Shown here one piece after another: positions 14,869-29,000 of a stretch of DNA of 64,000 nt. The notes below the pieces were generated by a model that had not been told where the DNA came from, made no database searches, and worked only from the letters and a program-made list of their open reading frames with translations. Origin of the DNA: the human T2T-CHM13v2.0 reference genome, Homo sapiens; assembly GCF_009914755.1 (NCBI RefSeq), contig NC_060925.1; one strand, written 5' to 3'. The number at the start of each line of letters is the position of its first letter. Positions within the stretch are counted from its first letter, which is position 1. A program made the position numbers and the translations under genes.

Positions 14869-15149
14869 TATGTGCATGTGTTATTCCTAGTGCTCGGCCC
14901 ACCAGGTGTGCATTTGGAAGGGTTGCCAATTCAGGTGAGGAAAAGTGAGCTAAGAGACATCCTCAGGGGAGGATGAGGACTTGGGGGGGGAATTTGTGGG
15001 TTCCCTGACAGCCTCACACTGGTTGCCAAACCCTTCCCTCTTTGGAATGTGCCATGGCAAGGCATTTATTTCCTCACATGGTGATCATTTTCACTCACAC
15101 ATAGGGTGTGTCCGAGGGTATTCCACTCTACAATGATTAATAATGATTA

Positions 15150-15350
15150 GCCATCATTGGGGGTTGGGAGGGACCAGGCTCTGTGCCGAATGGCACTTAT
15201 TTGCACTCTCTCATTCGATACTCTCAGCAAGCAGGCAATCTCATCCCATTTTAAAAAGTGAGAAAACTGAAGTTCGACTTGGTTCAGAGGCTTGCTGAAA
15301 TTTGAATAGCTGGCAACTGGCAGAATGGGATTTGACTCCATATTGGGTGA
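15150..15350 (-). mobile_element. MIR
   Basis: atcccattttaaaaagtgagaaaactgaag...gggatttgactcca. Confidence 0.65.
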
Positions 15351-15354
15351 CCCT

Positions 15355-16010
15355 GTGACCCCCCACCCCTTACTCTTTGTAACCACCGTTTTATATTTGA
15401 CATTTTGGGGTGTTTTTCGATTTCACATGTAAGTGAGATCATCTGGTATTTGTCTTTTTGTGTCTGGCTTATTTCATATAGCATAATGTCCTTCAGGTTC
15501 ATCTATCTTGTCACAAATGACAGGATTTCCGTCTTTTTTCAGGCTGACTATTCCATTGCATATATACACCACAATTTCTTTCTCCACTCCCCTGTGGTTG
15601 AACACTCGCGTTGCTTCCATATCCTGGCTCTTCTGAATAGTGTTGCTGTGAACATGGGCGTGCAGACATCTGATGAGCTTGTGATTTCATTTCCTTTGGG
15701 TATATATCCAGCAGAGGGATTGATGGGTCATAATGATCATTTGAGTTTTAATTTTGGGGGTATCTCCATGCTGTTCTCCATAATAGCTGTACCAATTTAC
15801 ACTCCCCCCACAACAATGAAAAAAGGGTTTCCTTTTCTCCACCTCCTCATCTATACTGTCTTTTTGATGATAGTCACTCTAATGGGTGTGAGGTGATATC
15901 TCATTGTGGTTTTGATTTGCATTTCTCCAATGATGAGTGAGGCTGAGCACCTTTGCATATACCTGTTGGTCATTTGTATGTCTTCTTTGGAAAAACATGC
16001 GTTCAGATCC
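15355..16010 (-). mobile_element. L1MA fragment (ORF2 end/3' UTR)
   Basis: atgtaagtgagatcatctggtatttgtctttttgtgtctggcttatttca...gtgaggtgatatctcattgtggttttgatttgc. Confidence 0.85.
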
Positions 16011-16029
16011 CACTTTCAGCCTTTCTTGA

Positions 16030-16563
<534 letters not shown>

Positions 16564-17029
16564 TAATATATACTATGGTTCTGCGTGTTTAAATTCTAAT
16601 GTCTCATACTATAAGCAAATAAAGTCTGGTTCAATCATTTAAACTGCCCCTGTGGTATTCTATCCTATGAGTATGCCCAATTCAATCATTCTCCTACCTA
16701 GCTAGCTTCTCATTGTTATATGCATTGGATATCAGGGATTTGTCATATGTGTTGCAAATATGATAGCATCTAATTATATAATTAATATATCTCTTCTTCC
16801 TCTACGTAGCTATAAACTCTTTCGGGGCAAAAATCATGTCGGATTTTTCTCTGTGTTCCCAACACTTACTGAGTATTATACCAGATATAGAATGACCATT
16901 TGTTGGAATGTAATGGAACAGGGCTGGAATGTGGAGGACTCTTCAGAGGAGATGCTATGCCTGACTAGTGTAGTGATTTTCCACTTAGGAAGGGATTTCT
17001 CTCAGGAAATCATACGAGATTATAAAAAA

Positions 17030-17220
17030 GCCCTATCAAAAAGAACAGTAATGGAGATGTTCTCTAATGAACTGTTCAACTCAGTAGACACTAGTCACAT
17101 GGGACTGCTAAGCGCCTAGAATGTGGCTAGTCTTATTAAGAAACTGAATTTTAAATTTTATCTAATGTTGATTAATTTAAATTTAAATAGCCACATGTGG
17201 CTTGTGACAGTTATAGCAGC
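17030..17220. mobile_element. MER3-like hAT-Charlie MITE
   Basis: actagtcacatggg...gaatgtggctagt...aatttaaatttaaatagccacatgtggct. Confidence 0.7.
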
Positions 17221-20200
17221 AGGAGTTAAAGGAACATCTAATATCTGATGATAGTGGGAAATAGAGGATTTTACTGATGTGTTCTTACGTGATCATTTTG
17301 GTACTTATTAATGATGAGTACTTTAATAAATATTTTGCAAGTATCAGCCTCTGGGTGCCAGACAGTTTCTTCACCTACAGAGTACAGCCCTTGATGCTTA
17401 CTTTATAGGATTACTGATGGAGTTAAATAGGGTAATTATGCAAAGCCCTTGAGCCTCATGCTCAATACAGACGGCAGCTGTCAGAGTTCTCATTTTTCCA
17501 TTATTACTACATAGCAAGCATTAGGGATCTGGATATGACTGTCAGTTCCTGGCCTCAAGCTGGGAAGACAAGACAGGACAGATGCAACCCAGGGTATCCC
17601 CTTTGTCTAAGCTGTGTTCCTGAGACAAGCTGAGGTCATCCCACGTTTTTTCCACCGCGTCCCAATTACCCACTGACTTAGAATATAAACTCCAGGATAT
17701 TTTAGCACCAATTCCGAGTGATCATTCACGGCAGAGCTTCTGAGCTCTTTTAATCCTTCTAGGCCTTGTCACCTTGTGTCCATTGTCTCTCCTGTCCCCT
17801 CCATTCAGCACGTCACAAGAACAGTTTCCCCAAAGCACCACTCGTATCCTATTTCTCTGCCGCTCCATATCTTCCAAGGGCTCCTTATTTCCTGGAAGCC
17901 AAAGCCTAGGTTCGATGCCATCCAGGCTGATCTCTGCTGTTCCGTGTGGGGATTCTGCTTTGCCGGACTGTTTGCTGTCATTTCAGCACATGTTCAGCTT
18001 TCCTGTATTGTGCCTTTGCTTGTTTCCTGTTTCGCTTCCCATCTTCAGTGCCTCCACTTATCCCTTCCGGCCCTGCTCTCCTGCCTACTGAGACTCTATC
18101 CCCCAGTGTCAGTCAAAGGCTGCCTCTGCCATGCAAGTGGCCGAGCCCATTTGTGCTCTGCAGCACACTCTTTCATACCTCGTATTTTCTGTTTGTGCTA
18201 CCTTACAGTGTATTTATTTGCATTAATTTCCTTTCTAGACTTTAACATTTGTGAAAACAGGGATGGCATCTTTACCTCTCTGCATCCCTCACTGCATGAG
18301 TATACCAAACACAGAAGATGATAAAGATTTGTTAACAAGTGAATAAATAAATGAAAACATTTCAACATTTAGGATATGATTTCTTCTTTAAAGCAAAGTC
18401 CTTTTATCATGAGAATGACCCCTGAACTCTCTCGCACAATATGACAATGTTCCTAGAAAAGCCCTTTAAAGGGCTATATAAAATCACAAAATGCATCCTC
18501 TTAATCACAAAAACTCTGATCGCTGTGTAACGAGGATATTCAAAGATTTTTAAAGTGAGTATGAATACTCACAGTGAATCACAAGGGTTCTAACTAAGCA
18601 AAGAATTAATATACGCAAAGAGTAGAAAACATGGGCTGCGTTCCATTTCATTGGTGAAAAACAGCTCCCTATTCCTAGTGCAATAAGCATGTATGTAGTT
18701 AGTTAGGATTGCAGTCCAACTCAGAAACTAAAGATGGAATTTAACTCCTTGCCTTTCACTTTGATTTTGCTTTCAATATAGGTTTGATATTGACATTACC
18801 ATGAAAATAGTTTACCTTTGTTCCCAATTTTACGCAATGGCAGGGGACACATTGCTGACTAACAAGGCTCTCTGAAATCAGCAATGTATGTATTGGACAT
18901 CTTAATGTGCTTGGCCCAGTACTAGGTGCCACAGGAAATTATTAAGAAAGACATGGAGGTGCTCATCATATCCAACAGAGAGATGGTTTATAAACCATTG
19001 CTGCGTACAAGCAGTGCTACTGATTTCTGGATTAGACTACAAAAGCAATTGTTGAGTGCCCCTCTGTGACCAAAAACTGGAATGGAACAGAAGCTAGGAA
19101 AGGGCTGAATTCACTGCAAATGGAAATGTAAAAATCCAGCTGTTTTTGATTTTTTATAGTACAAATGGGAGTTAGCACATTGTCGAGCTTACAGAGGAAG
19201 TCACACAGCTACCCCTTTGTCAGGGCTTGTAGGGGACAGGCCAGAGCGGGTGTGGAGCTGTTGGGGAAGCTAATTTCTTTATTCAAGCTGAGCTCTGCTT
19301 CCTCTGGCTATTGTTGCTGTAATTGGCATCAAGGGAGGATGGCTGCCACTGTTTGACAGTGACAATGACATTCTCCTCAAGGGCTAATACTTTAATTTAT
19401 GAGAGACAAAGAGAAGGAGCAAGTCTTACGCCAAGAGGCAGGAGTACAAAGAGAACTTGATCCGTACAGATGTCAGCTTCTTGAAAAGAGAGTCCTGACA
19501 GGGCAGTTTGGCCTGTAACGTGCAGCCACATGACACATCTGGAAAAGCTCTTTTTTTGTGTGAGGGATGATGCCTATGGCTGGCCTGCTGGACCAAGATG
19601 GATGGCAAGGCAAACATCTGTGGACCTCAAAGTGTTCACACTTTCAGAGATTTTGTCATGCTTTATGACATATCAAGACCTTAAATTAACATGTGGACTT
19701 CTTTTTAATGTATCAAGGAAAGCCAGTAATGCAGGTGGCATCTTTCTTTTTAACCAACTCTTGATCAACAAGCAACACTTACTTAAATAAGCTCTGGAAA
19801 ATGCCAGTGAGGCAATAGTGGTTGCTGTTCATTTACTCATATGACAAATATTGGAAATTGGATTTCCAATATTGAATGAATGGCTATTGTCATAATTGTT
19901 ATCAGTCATGCTAAGAAAAGTTTTCATTTATATTGTGCTTTATAAGGCTCCAAGTGTTTTTGCCTAAGTATTCCCTCTGGATTCTCATGATAATACTAGC
20001 AGGTATACAAGGTAGGTGTCACTCCCCTTTTACATGCAAGAAAACTCTGAGGCCAACAGAAGTGACCAGGGGTATTACTGATGCAGTAGAGACGTTATTA
20101 CTGTTGGTAGTTGATTATTTACAGGTTCTGCAGTTTAAGAAATCTTTTTCTTATTCAGTGGGAAAGAAAAGACTTTAGCAAGGAAGAGGGCAAAACCATA

Positions 20201-20544
20201 GATTGATTTTACACTCTGCATCCTACTATGTGTATTTGAAATTTCTTGGATGAATCCACTATTCCCCCATCTTGCAGGGAAATATGCACTGAATGATTTT
20301 CTATTTTGGCATATCCATCATCTTCTTTGCTGGCCCTCATCATCAAGCTGTCCTAAATTTCCAAAGGCTTACTATGAGCACTTAGTAACAGTGGCAAATC
20401 CATTTAAACAAGTGTGTTTGCTCCAATAGCTGAAAAGCACTCACTGACTCACCCTGTAGGAGGACCAGCCTCTGCCTGGGGGTGAGTTGTGCTGCTGGCT
20501 GTAGACAGGACTTTCAGCATGAACAGAGAGTCTTGCACCTCTCT

Positions 20545-21600
20545 ATTTTTTTTAAGTAAGTGTTTTCATTTTATGATACTTTTGGATTTACAGAACAATT
20601 GTGAAGATAGTACAGAGAGTTCCTATATATCCAGTACCCAGTTTCCCTATTATTAACCTCACACAAAACATTTGTCATAATTGAGGAACCAGTATAGATG
20701 CACTATTGTTAATGTAAGGCCACATTTTATTTAGGTGTCCTGAGTTTTTCCCTAAGGTCCTTTTTCTGTTGTAGGATCCCATCCAGGACACCACATTATC
20801 TTTATTGCCATCATGTCCCCTTAGATTCCTCTGAGCTGTGACAGTGTCTCAGACTTTCTTTGATTTTGAAGACCTGGAAAGTTTTGAGAAATATTGGTTA
20901 AGTATTTTATAGACTGTCTCACAGTAGGAATTTGTCTGATTTTTTTTATCATGATTAAACTAGGGTTAGGGTTTGGGGAGAAAGACCTCAAAGGCCACGT
21001 TTATGATGTTGTGTCCAGGTTACATGCTACCCACTTGACTTATACAGTTGACGTTGGCCTTGATCACCTGGCTGAGGTTGTGTTAGTCAGATTCCCCCAC
21101 TATAAAGTTACTCTTTGCTCCACTCCTTCATACCATACTTGTTGGAAGGAAGTTGCTATGCATAGCCCACCCTTAAGGAGGGTTGCGTCTACCTCCTTGA
21201 AGGTGGAGAGTCTACATAAATCATTTGGATTTCTTCTACAAGGGAGAATTGTCTCTCATCCCCCATGTATTTATTCATTTACTTATGTCAGTATGGACTC
21301 ATGGATATTTATTTTATCCTTTGAGCTACAACCTGACACTATTTATTTTCTTGTTTGCATTGTTCTGGATGTGCCTACTAGCCACTCTTTCAGTTGGCTA
21401 CTATGTTCCTTTGACATACCTCCATCATTGTGTCTGACATTTTTGTTGATCTTTTTGTTTTGAGCACTTTCTTAATTCCTGCCGCTACAAGATACTCCAG
21501 ACACATTTTGTATGTTTCCTGCCCCAGTCCTAGAATCAGCCATTTCTCCAAGAAGCCCTGGTTCTTTTCGTTGAAGAGTGGTGTTGGAAACCAAGATCTG
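20545..21600 (-). mobile_element. L1MC-type 3' region
   Basis: gaagatagtacagagagttcc...aggatcccatccaggacaccacatt...agaatcagccatttctccaag; same family seen in sense orientation at 41630-42650. Confidence 0.8.
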
Positions 21601-21839
21601 TGTGAATCTTTTCTTCCCATTGGTAACAATGTTTTTAAATATTTGCAGGAAATGGATAAGAAATATATGAAATATTTTGCTTCTAGGGATGCTGGAGAAT
21701 TAGTAATCAAGTCCAACTGTCTCCATATCAGGACCTGAGGCCTGCAGGTGTTATGTCACTTTTACAGATCACTCCCATAGTCAGTGGAAGAGCAGAGGAC
21801 TCTTTATGTTTCACTATCAGAGACAATAATATGACAGGT

Positions 21840-22900
21840 AATTGATGGTTTTTCCAACAGGAAAAAACAGATTATTCAGTAAATGAGATTGCCCCATGGG
21901 TGAGCCATACAAAACAAAGTTAGGCTTCTACAACCAGCCAATTTAACCAATAAGTTAAAATCCAAACATTAAAAAATGAAACTTTATTAGAAAAAAATGT
22001 GGCAGTATATTTGCACAAGCTTACAGGAGGGACAGCTTCTTAAACAGACACACACAAAAGGGCAAAATCCATAACAGGAAAATATTGTTAAATCCAACTA
22101 CATTAGCATTTAAACCTTATGGATTACAAAGGACAGCATGAAACCAGTTCCAGGCTAAGGGAAGTTGTCATGGAGGAATACGGAATGAACTCCTACACAT
22201 GATAGTCAAACGACAAACCAAGAAATGGTAAAATAAGAAATGCAAGCATTCGGTTCACAAAAAAAGGAAAATCAGAATGGTCAATTAAATGATGCTCAGC
22301 CTTACCCCTAATTAGGAGAATGCACATTAAAGCACTAATGAAGTATAATTTTTCATTGATCAGATTGTCCAAGAATTTAGCAGTGTGATAATATGGACAG
22401 CTGGCAATGTTAAGAAAGGCAATACTTATATATGACTGATGGGAGAATAAATGACTGCAGCCACTAGGAAGGGCAATTTGATAGAATCTAATAACACTGT
22501 CACCAAGCTTCCCCTATGCCTTAGAAAGTGAGTTTTAAAATATCTGTCCCAGAGAAATGCAAACATAGATCCACGTGGATACGACAAATGGGAATGTTCT
22601 CTACATCATTATAACAGCAAAAAATTAGAAACAATCTAATGTCTGTCAATAGAAGGATGTATAAATAAAATATACTAAATGATTACAATGGAAAACAAAA
22701 CACATTCAGAAGGAAGGAATGAATGAGAGCTGTCCTTTCATCCATTTTATCTATTTTCTGTCTGCATTTCAAAATGGATATATCTCAGAAATATTTCTCA
22801 GTTAAAAGGCAAACTGCAGAAGGAAACAATATTAACACACAGAATAGTGTAATATATTTTCTATGTTTATATCCATATAGATATAAAAGTATTTTTAAAG
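21840..22900 (+). mobile_element. Ancient L1ME ORF2-3' fragment
   Basis: A-rich degenerate L1 motifs (aattaggagaatgcacattaaagcactaatgaag; aaaaattagaaacaatctaatgtctgtcaatag). Confidence 0.6.
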
Positions 22901-25084
22901 GTAGTTAATGACACTCAATTATCATAATTTTGGTTATAATTGGGGGTGATAAGGGGAGTGGGATTGGAAGTGTGGAACAAAATATATGCTGATGGTCTAT
23001 TTTTAATAAGGAAAATAGACTCCTGTATTGAGTCAAATTAAAAACTAATTTTGAAAAGAAAAACTTGTACAGAAAGAAATTACAGAAAAGGAAAGATAAT
23101 AAATTACAGCTCTTCATAAAGGCAAACTGCTTTTCTAACCATACTTATCAAAATTCCAAGAGCTGTCATTTATTTCTGAAGGGAAAATAGCTTTTCTTGG
23201 TTAGAAATCAGGTAATTTTCTGATAAATGCACCTGTATCATGCCCCCAGTACATGAGTCACTGTAATTTTCCTCTCTTCTTTATTTTCAAATGGCTTTTC
23301 TACCTTAGAGGTTCTGAATCATCCTCTCACTTGCAAATTTGCAACTCAGTCAATATGCATTAAGATGGAAATTCATTAATCATAGAAGCAATAATCTTTA
23401 GATAAAAGGCATTTATTTAACAGAATTTTAAGGGGAGAATCTTAAGCAGGAAATGAAAGAATTTTTTATTCTTGATTAAAAGAATAAAATAGAAAAGCTG
23501 AAAATCTTTAAAGTCTTTTAAAAAGATTTTAAAGACAAATTTTTATTACTCGTTGATTCCTTCAAGCCTGGATTGGAACCACAAGAGGTCAACCACTTCA
23601 GTCTCCTGAAAAAACCTAACCTAAACCCTAGATGACATTTTGCAGATCTCTGGGAATGAAAATTTAGGTTATCAGAATGTTCTAAAACTACCCAGGACTA
23701 ATAATAAGGAAGCAATTATTTTTTCCTTAATTTTAATCTAAATCTTACGGTGAAACCATTTTCTTGAGCTCAGCTTCATATGAGTGACTTGTTCGATGTG
23801 GTACATATGACGTTGAGTCACCTTACAACCTGACTTTCCTTATTTCCTGATCATCATATACTTGGTGGATTGTTTCCCTGCCTCCTGCAGATCTAATTCT
23901 TGTTAATTCACCAGGTGAAATGAAAATAAACCTCCACTAAAGCAATGGAGGCTGCTGCTGCTGCTGACGACAAATAGATAACGTTGATAATGACAAATAG
24001 ATAATATTGATCAGTGGTGATGTGTGGAGCCAATGGGATTTCTGTGGGGGATGACTGTTTGGTGATACAAACATTTGTCTCTATGCATATGCTAATTTGG
24101 ATGCATATCTATGTTGTTGCTAAATGCCACAAAATTAGGGGCAGGAAGAGGCGCCCTAACCTGATTCTTGAAGTGAGAGTTACAGGAACGGCTCTTGCCA
24201 TCTCTAAAGCCCAGAGCCAGACAAAGTGAGATTGAGACAGAGGTCACTAAATCAAGTTGGATGGTTTGTGTGGAAAGACTACGAAGCATTAGAGGCAGGA
24301 CTCTGGCCACAGAGACAGAAGACTGGATCACGCATCCTGACTCTGCTGCCACCCCAATCTCTTAATTTTGGGCAAATTTTTGAACCATGCTTTTTTTCTC
24401 TGGGAGATGAGCACATTGACTTAGATAATGTTTATGGTTCCTTCCTACTGATATATTCCAGGATGATGCATTGGTACTTCACTACCTCGATACTTCAGAA
24501 GAAACAGAATTAAAGAGTTTCCCTGGTTCTTCTTTTGAATCTGAGACATAGGAGAGGTTTGAATCTACTGGAGCCCATCCTTTATCTCCTTCAGGCTGGA
24601 GGCTGGGAACAGTGACATCACTCTTCTCAAGACTCTGTTTCCCCTTATATATGACTGATGGGAGAATAAATGGCTAGTTCATATTTGCAGTGAACCAGGC
24701 ATTTTCTATGAACCAAGCCACGTAAGTTTATAAGTACAACTCCAGGAACAAATGGACAGACTAAAATTAAGATTTTTCTGAAAAACCCAAGAGATAGAGT
24801 GATTTATTTTGCTTCACCAATTGCATAGCCACCAAGAGCAATCTTTGGTTACCTGATCCACAGATCAAACTCCTTATCCCTATGCTTCTCAAACTGTGCA
24901 GACCCCTTTTAACGGGGAAAAAAATTCATAAACACCCAGTGTTTTCTCAGTCAATAGAATTCTCACTGCCACTACACAGAGGTTTCTGTATTCCATGTGT
25001 GATACTAAAGTATATGGTGTGTGCCTCAGTTTCCCCTACTTTTCACAGGCTACACAAACAAAATAACTTTTACCTTGAAGGCAC

Positions 25085-26010
25085 CATTCATCCATTCATT
25101 CCTTGTGCAAATATTTATTTAGCACTTACTATGTTGCAGAAGCCAGCATGGCTGCAGCAGAATGAGGGAGTGGAAGAAGAGATGAGAGCTGGGTACAAAG
25201 CATGAGGAGTAGAGGCCTGGTAAGGACTTTGCTTTTATGCTGAACGAAGTGGGGAGCTACCATAACTGTCATTGGACCTTCCTCCTGTGGCTATTCACTT
25301 GTATATTAAGTTCATTGATGGGATACATCAATGAACAAATCCATTTCCTGTCCATGGAGAACCTTTATTCTAGACCAGCGGTTGGCAAATATCTTGTAAA
25401 GGAACATAGAGAAAATCTTTTCAGCTTTGTAGCCATTTTTTGTTCTTTGTCACAACTCTGCTGCTGTTGATCCGAAACAGCCATTGATAACTGCAGCCAT
25501 AGACGGATGGACCTGGTTGTGTTCCCGTAAAACTTAATATTAATAAATAACAGATGGTGGGCTGGATTTGGCTCAAGGCTGTAGTTTTCTGATCCCTGTT
25601 CTAGACAATAAACAATAAACCTAATAAAAAAGCAAATTATTAATATATAATAGCTAGAAGGTAAGTGATATGGAAAAGGAAAACATTGAGCAGGGAAAGG
25701 TGATTTGGAGTGCTGAGTGAATGAGGATGCAGTTTTAATTAGGAGGGAAAGTGGTACTTGAGCAAAGCCTTGAAGAAGGAGAGTGAGCCCTGGAGCTCTC
25801 TGAGGGGAGCAAGTGCAAGTTGTAAGCAGAGGGAACACCCAGGGCCAAGTTCCTCCTGCGGAGAAGGGCCTGGTGTGGGTGCAGAAGCCAGCATGGCTGC
25901 AGCAGAATGAGGGAGTGGAAGAAGAGATGAGAGCTGGGTACAAAGCATGAGGAGTAGAGGCCTGGTAAGGACTTTGCTTTTATGCCGAACGAAGTGGGGA
26001 GCTACCATAA
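25085..26010 (-). mobile_element. L2 fragment interrupted by a 178-bp templated insertion and MER58
   Basis: cattcatccattcattcc...aaatatttatttagcacttactatgt (antisense L2 3' end), resuming at gggatacatcaatgaacaa. Confidence 0.7.
25376..25598. mobile_element. MER58A-like hAT-Charlie MITE
   Basis: cagcggttggcaaa...gtagttttctgatccctg termini; perfect 8-bp TSD ttctagac (25368-25375, 25599-25606). Confidence 0.85.
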
Positions 26011-29000
26011 CTGTCATTGGACCTTCCTCCTGTGACTATTCACTTGTATATTAAGTTTCCTTTGCTTCCTTTGCTCTTTAGCTACCAACCATAAAAGTCA
26101 CAGCACAGCTTGGAACCCACAGGATTGTAACCTCAGATGTAATGCTGCATGTTGAAATTTTTGGTTAATGGGCAGTCATTGCAATGATCTCAATATACTT
26201 TTACTAACAGCCTTAAGATAATCATAAAAATAAAAGTGTAAAAATGCTTAGAATTGGTCATTAAAAATTCATGGATTTCCCAGGAATATGTACATGGAGT
26301 CCTATTGGATCTGCATTGTGCCATAGTCAGCTTTTTTACATGTTGCTTTATATGGAATTCAGGTTGGTGATGGGTGGCATAGAGGAACATTATGAGACTA
26401 GGGCTAAATAGATGAATGCATTTAAGGAAAAATGAAGGTTAGTAATTAAAAATGATTAAGATTTATCTTCTCTGTATTCCACATTCTAGAGTCCTAGGAA
26501 CGGATTCCTTGGAGGCTCTGTTGTCCCAGATGCCTTTGCACTGGAACATATTCAGCATGTACCTTTCTTCTCTCGTTCCTTGTCTTCTCTCACTCATCTA
26601 TTCAGATTCTTCTAAAAAGAGTTTCAGCCTCCAAAGATCCCATTATGATAGCTATTTAGTCAACACCAATGGAGGACACCATGATTGCTGGTATTAAATT
26701 CAGGGAAGGCAGAAACATGCTGTCAGGAGCCAGGTTTTCTGAAGCTAAAATACTGTTTCAGATACTTGCTTATGATGCACCATCATTTGCTTTTCCCTGT
26801 TATTTGCCTCTGTGTTAGGACTGTATGCTCTGAATGAAAGAGAACATAATTTCCTAGCCAGAAGTAGGTCCCTCTCTGGTCAGGGGTCTAAAGGTGTTCA
26901 TTCTTTCATCCTTTTCTCTTCTTTTTGTCCTTGATGGTAAAGCCATTTGTTTACGAAGACTGCTATACAGTCTCCTTTTTCTGCACTACAGAAAGTTCTT
27001 TCATAGCTTTATGCTGAAGTGTTGTACTCATCTCTACTGCTTTCTTCTACTGCTACCCTTGTTCAGGTTTAATGTTATACTTCATTAAACAGAAGCACTT
27101 GCTCTAGGAAGAGTTTCCAAGTACAGCCTGCCCTGGAGGAGTATCTGACAGTGCCATCTTTGCTCATTCCTGTTTGTGTTTCCTAAAATGGCACTTGCTT
27201 CTTCAACTTCTGTTGGCTGTCACCCAGCCCCTCAGGACCCCTTCTGTCATGACTGTTCTTGGTAGTCTCCAATCTGAGACTCCAGATTCCTGGATGCTGC
27301 CTGACTGACTTCTGTTCCAAGTTTTTGGTGGACAAGATGGACTTCATTCAGTTATCAGACTGATTCCTGGTGTTCCCTTTTCCTTTTTTCTGGAGATAAA
27401 GGGTAAACCTCATTTTTTGGATATCATATCACTCACCTACACAGATTACATAAAGTTAATACTCTAAAAGGCAAAGTTTGTTTGTTTTAACTTCAACATA
27501 GTTTTGAATGTTGCTAAATATCAGAGAAATGTGGATCTCTTTCTGTATGTTCCCCCAAAATTCCTGCAATTTCCTATCTATCGAAAAAAAGCAGACCAGA
27601 GCTATTCAATTTAATGATTTAAATAAATAAAGTAATTTAAGCAGAAAATGAATATAGGCTTTTTTCCTTCTATTTTTCAAATGTATTTTGCAAAACACTG
27701 CAGAATTCCATGCTAGGTGCCACTGGCAACTCTGTGTTTGAAGATACTTGTGGTATTTAATTTTCTTGGATATTTCTTATCAATTTATTTCACACTCAAG
27801 TTGATTCAAGTGCAGTCCTCATAATTCCATTAACTTTGCGACTGTTCCCACATCAACTAGAAGGATGACATGTAATCACACAGGGCTCCTCTGAACCAGA
27901 ATTTTCTTTTAATTTGCTTATCCCAATCTAAGATTGTTTTCTGCCTTTTTGAATCAGGGCAAATAAATTACAACTCATTCCCCAGCTCTATCTCAGGGGG
28001 TTATAATGTACCTCCCAACCACCCTACTCAGCTTTGCTGCATAATAACATTCAGCTGAACACCAGAATTGTGCAGTTTACTGAACAGCCTTCACTTGTCA
28101 GAGTTCAGATACGTAAAGGATCTATGTTACTCTGTGAGATTTGTGTTAATTTCATATTTGTCAGCAGTCTACAAAAACTGTGATGCTTTAAAAAAAAATC
28201 AGTCTTTATCACCTACAAGTGAATCCCAATATGACTATCAGCAGATTGCTCAGCAGAACCCCTTCTGGCCAAGAGAGAGTGGGATGTTATACTCAAAGTG
28301 CTGAGGGAATAAAATTATCAACCAAGAATACTTTACCTGACAAAACTGTCCTTCCCCAGACAAACAAAAGCCAAGAGATTTATCACTACTAGGCCTGCCT
28401 TACAAGAATTGCTAAAGGGAGTTCTTCAACTTGAAATAAATTGAAATTAAAATTAGTAACATAAAACATACAAAAATATAAAACTTGATGGTATAAGTAA
28501 TATAAAGTCATATTCAAAATACATTAGGACTGCAATGGTGACATGTAAAGCAATTTTATCTCTAGTACGAGGCTTAAAAGAAAAATTATTAAAGCAATTG
28601 TGGATAAAACAAATTGTCAAGATACAGATTACAAAATGATGAAAGTTTTGATGTCAAAAGCATTTAAGGGGGACACTAAAAGTAGAGAGTTGTTGTAGGT
28701 AATCAAAGTTATGTTGTTATCAGCTTGAAATACCTGGTTATAAGATGTTTTATGTAAGTCTCACAAAGCAAAGATTTGTAGTAGATGCACAAAACATAAA
28801 TTGAAAGATTCAAAGCATATCACTGTGGAAAACCATGAAACCACAAGGGAAGACAGCAGGAGAGAAAAAATGAAGCAAAGTATCTACAAAATAACCAGAA
28901 AACAAATTACAAATGACAGTAACAAGTCCTTACCTATCAATAATTACTTTGAATGTAAATAGATTAAAATCTCCAATAAAAAGACAGAGTGGCTGGTTGA

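Noticed and set aside
17774-18321. Overlapping long ORFs (up to 181 aa)
   Set aside because: Pyrimidine-rich, stop-poor sequence partly resembling L2; no recognisable domain or exon structure.
20894-21738. 189-aa and neighbouring ORFs
   Set aside because: They lie antisense within an L1MC 3' region.
23950-24012. Short (gct)n run and 25-bp-period tandem gacaaatagataa
   Set aside because: Ordinary slippage products with no coding context.
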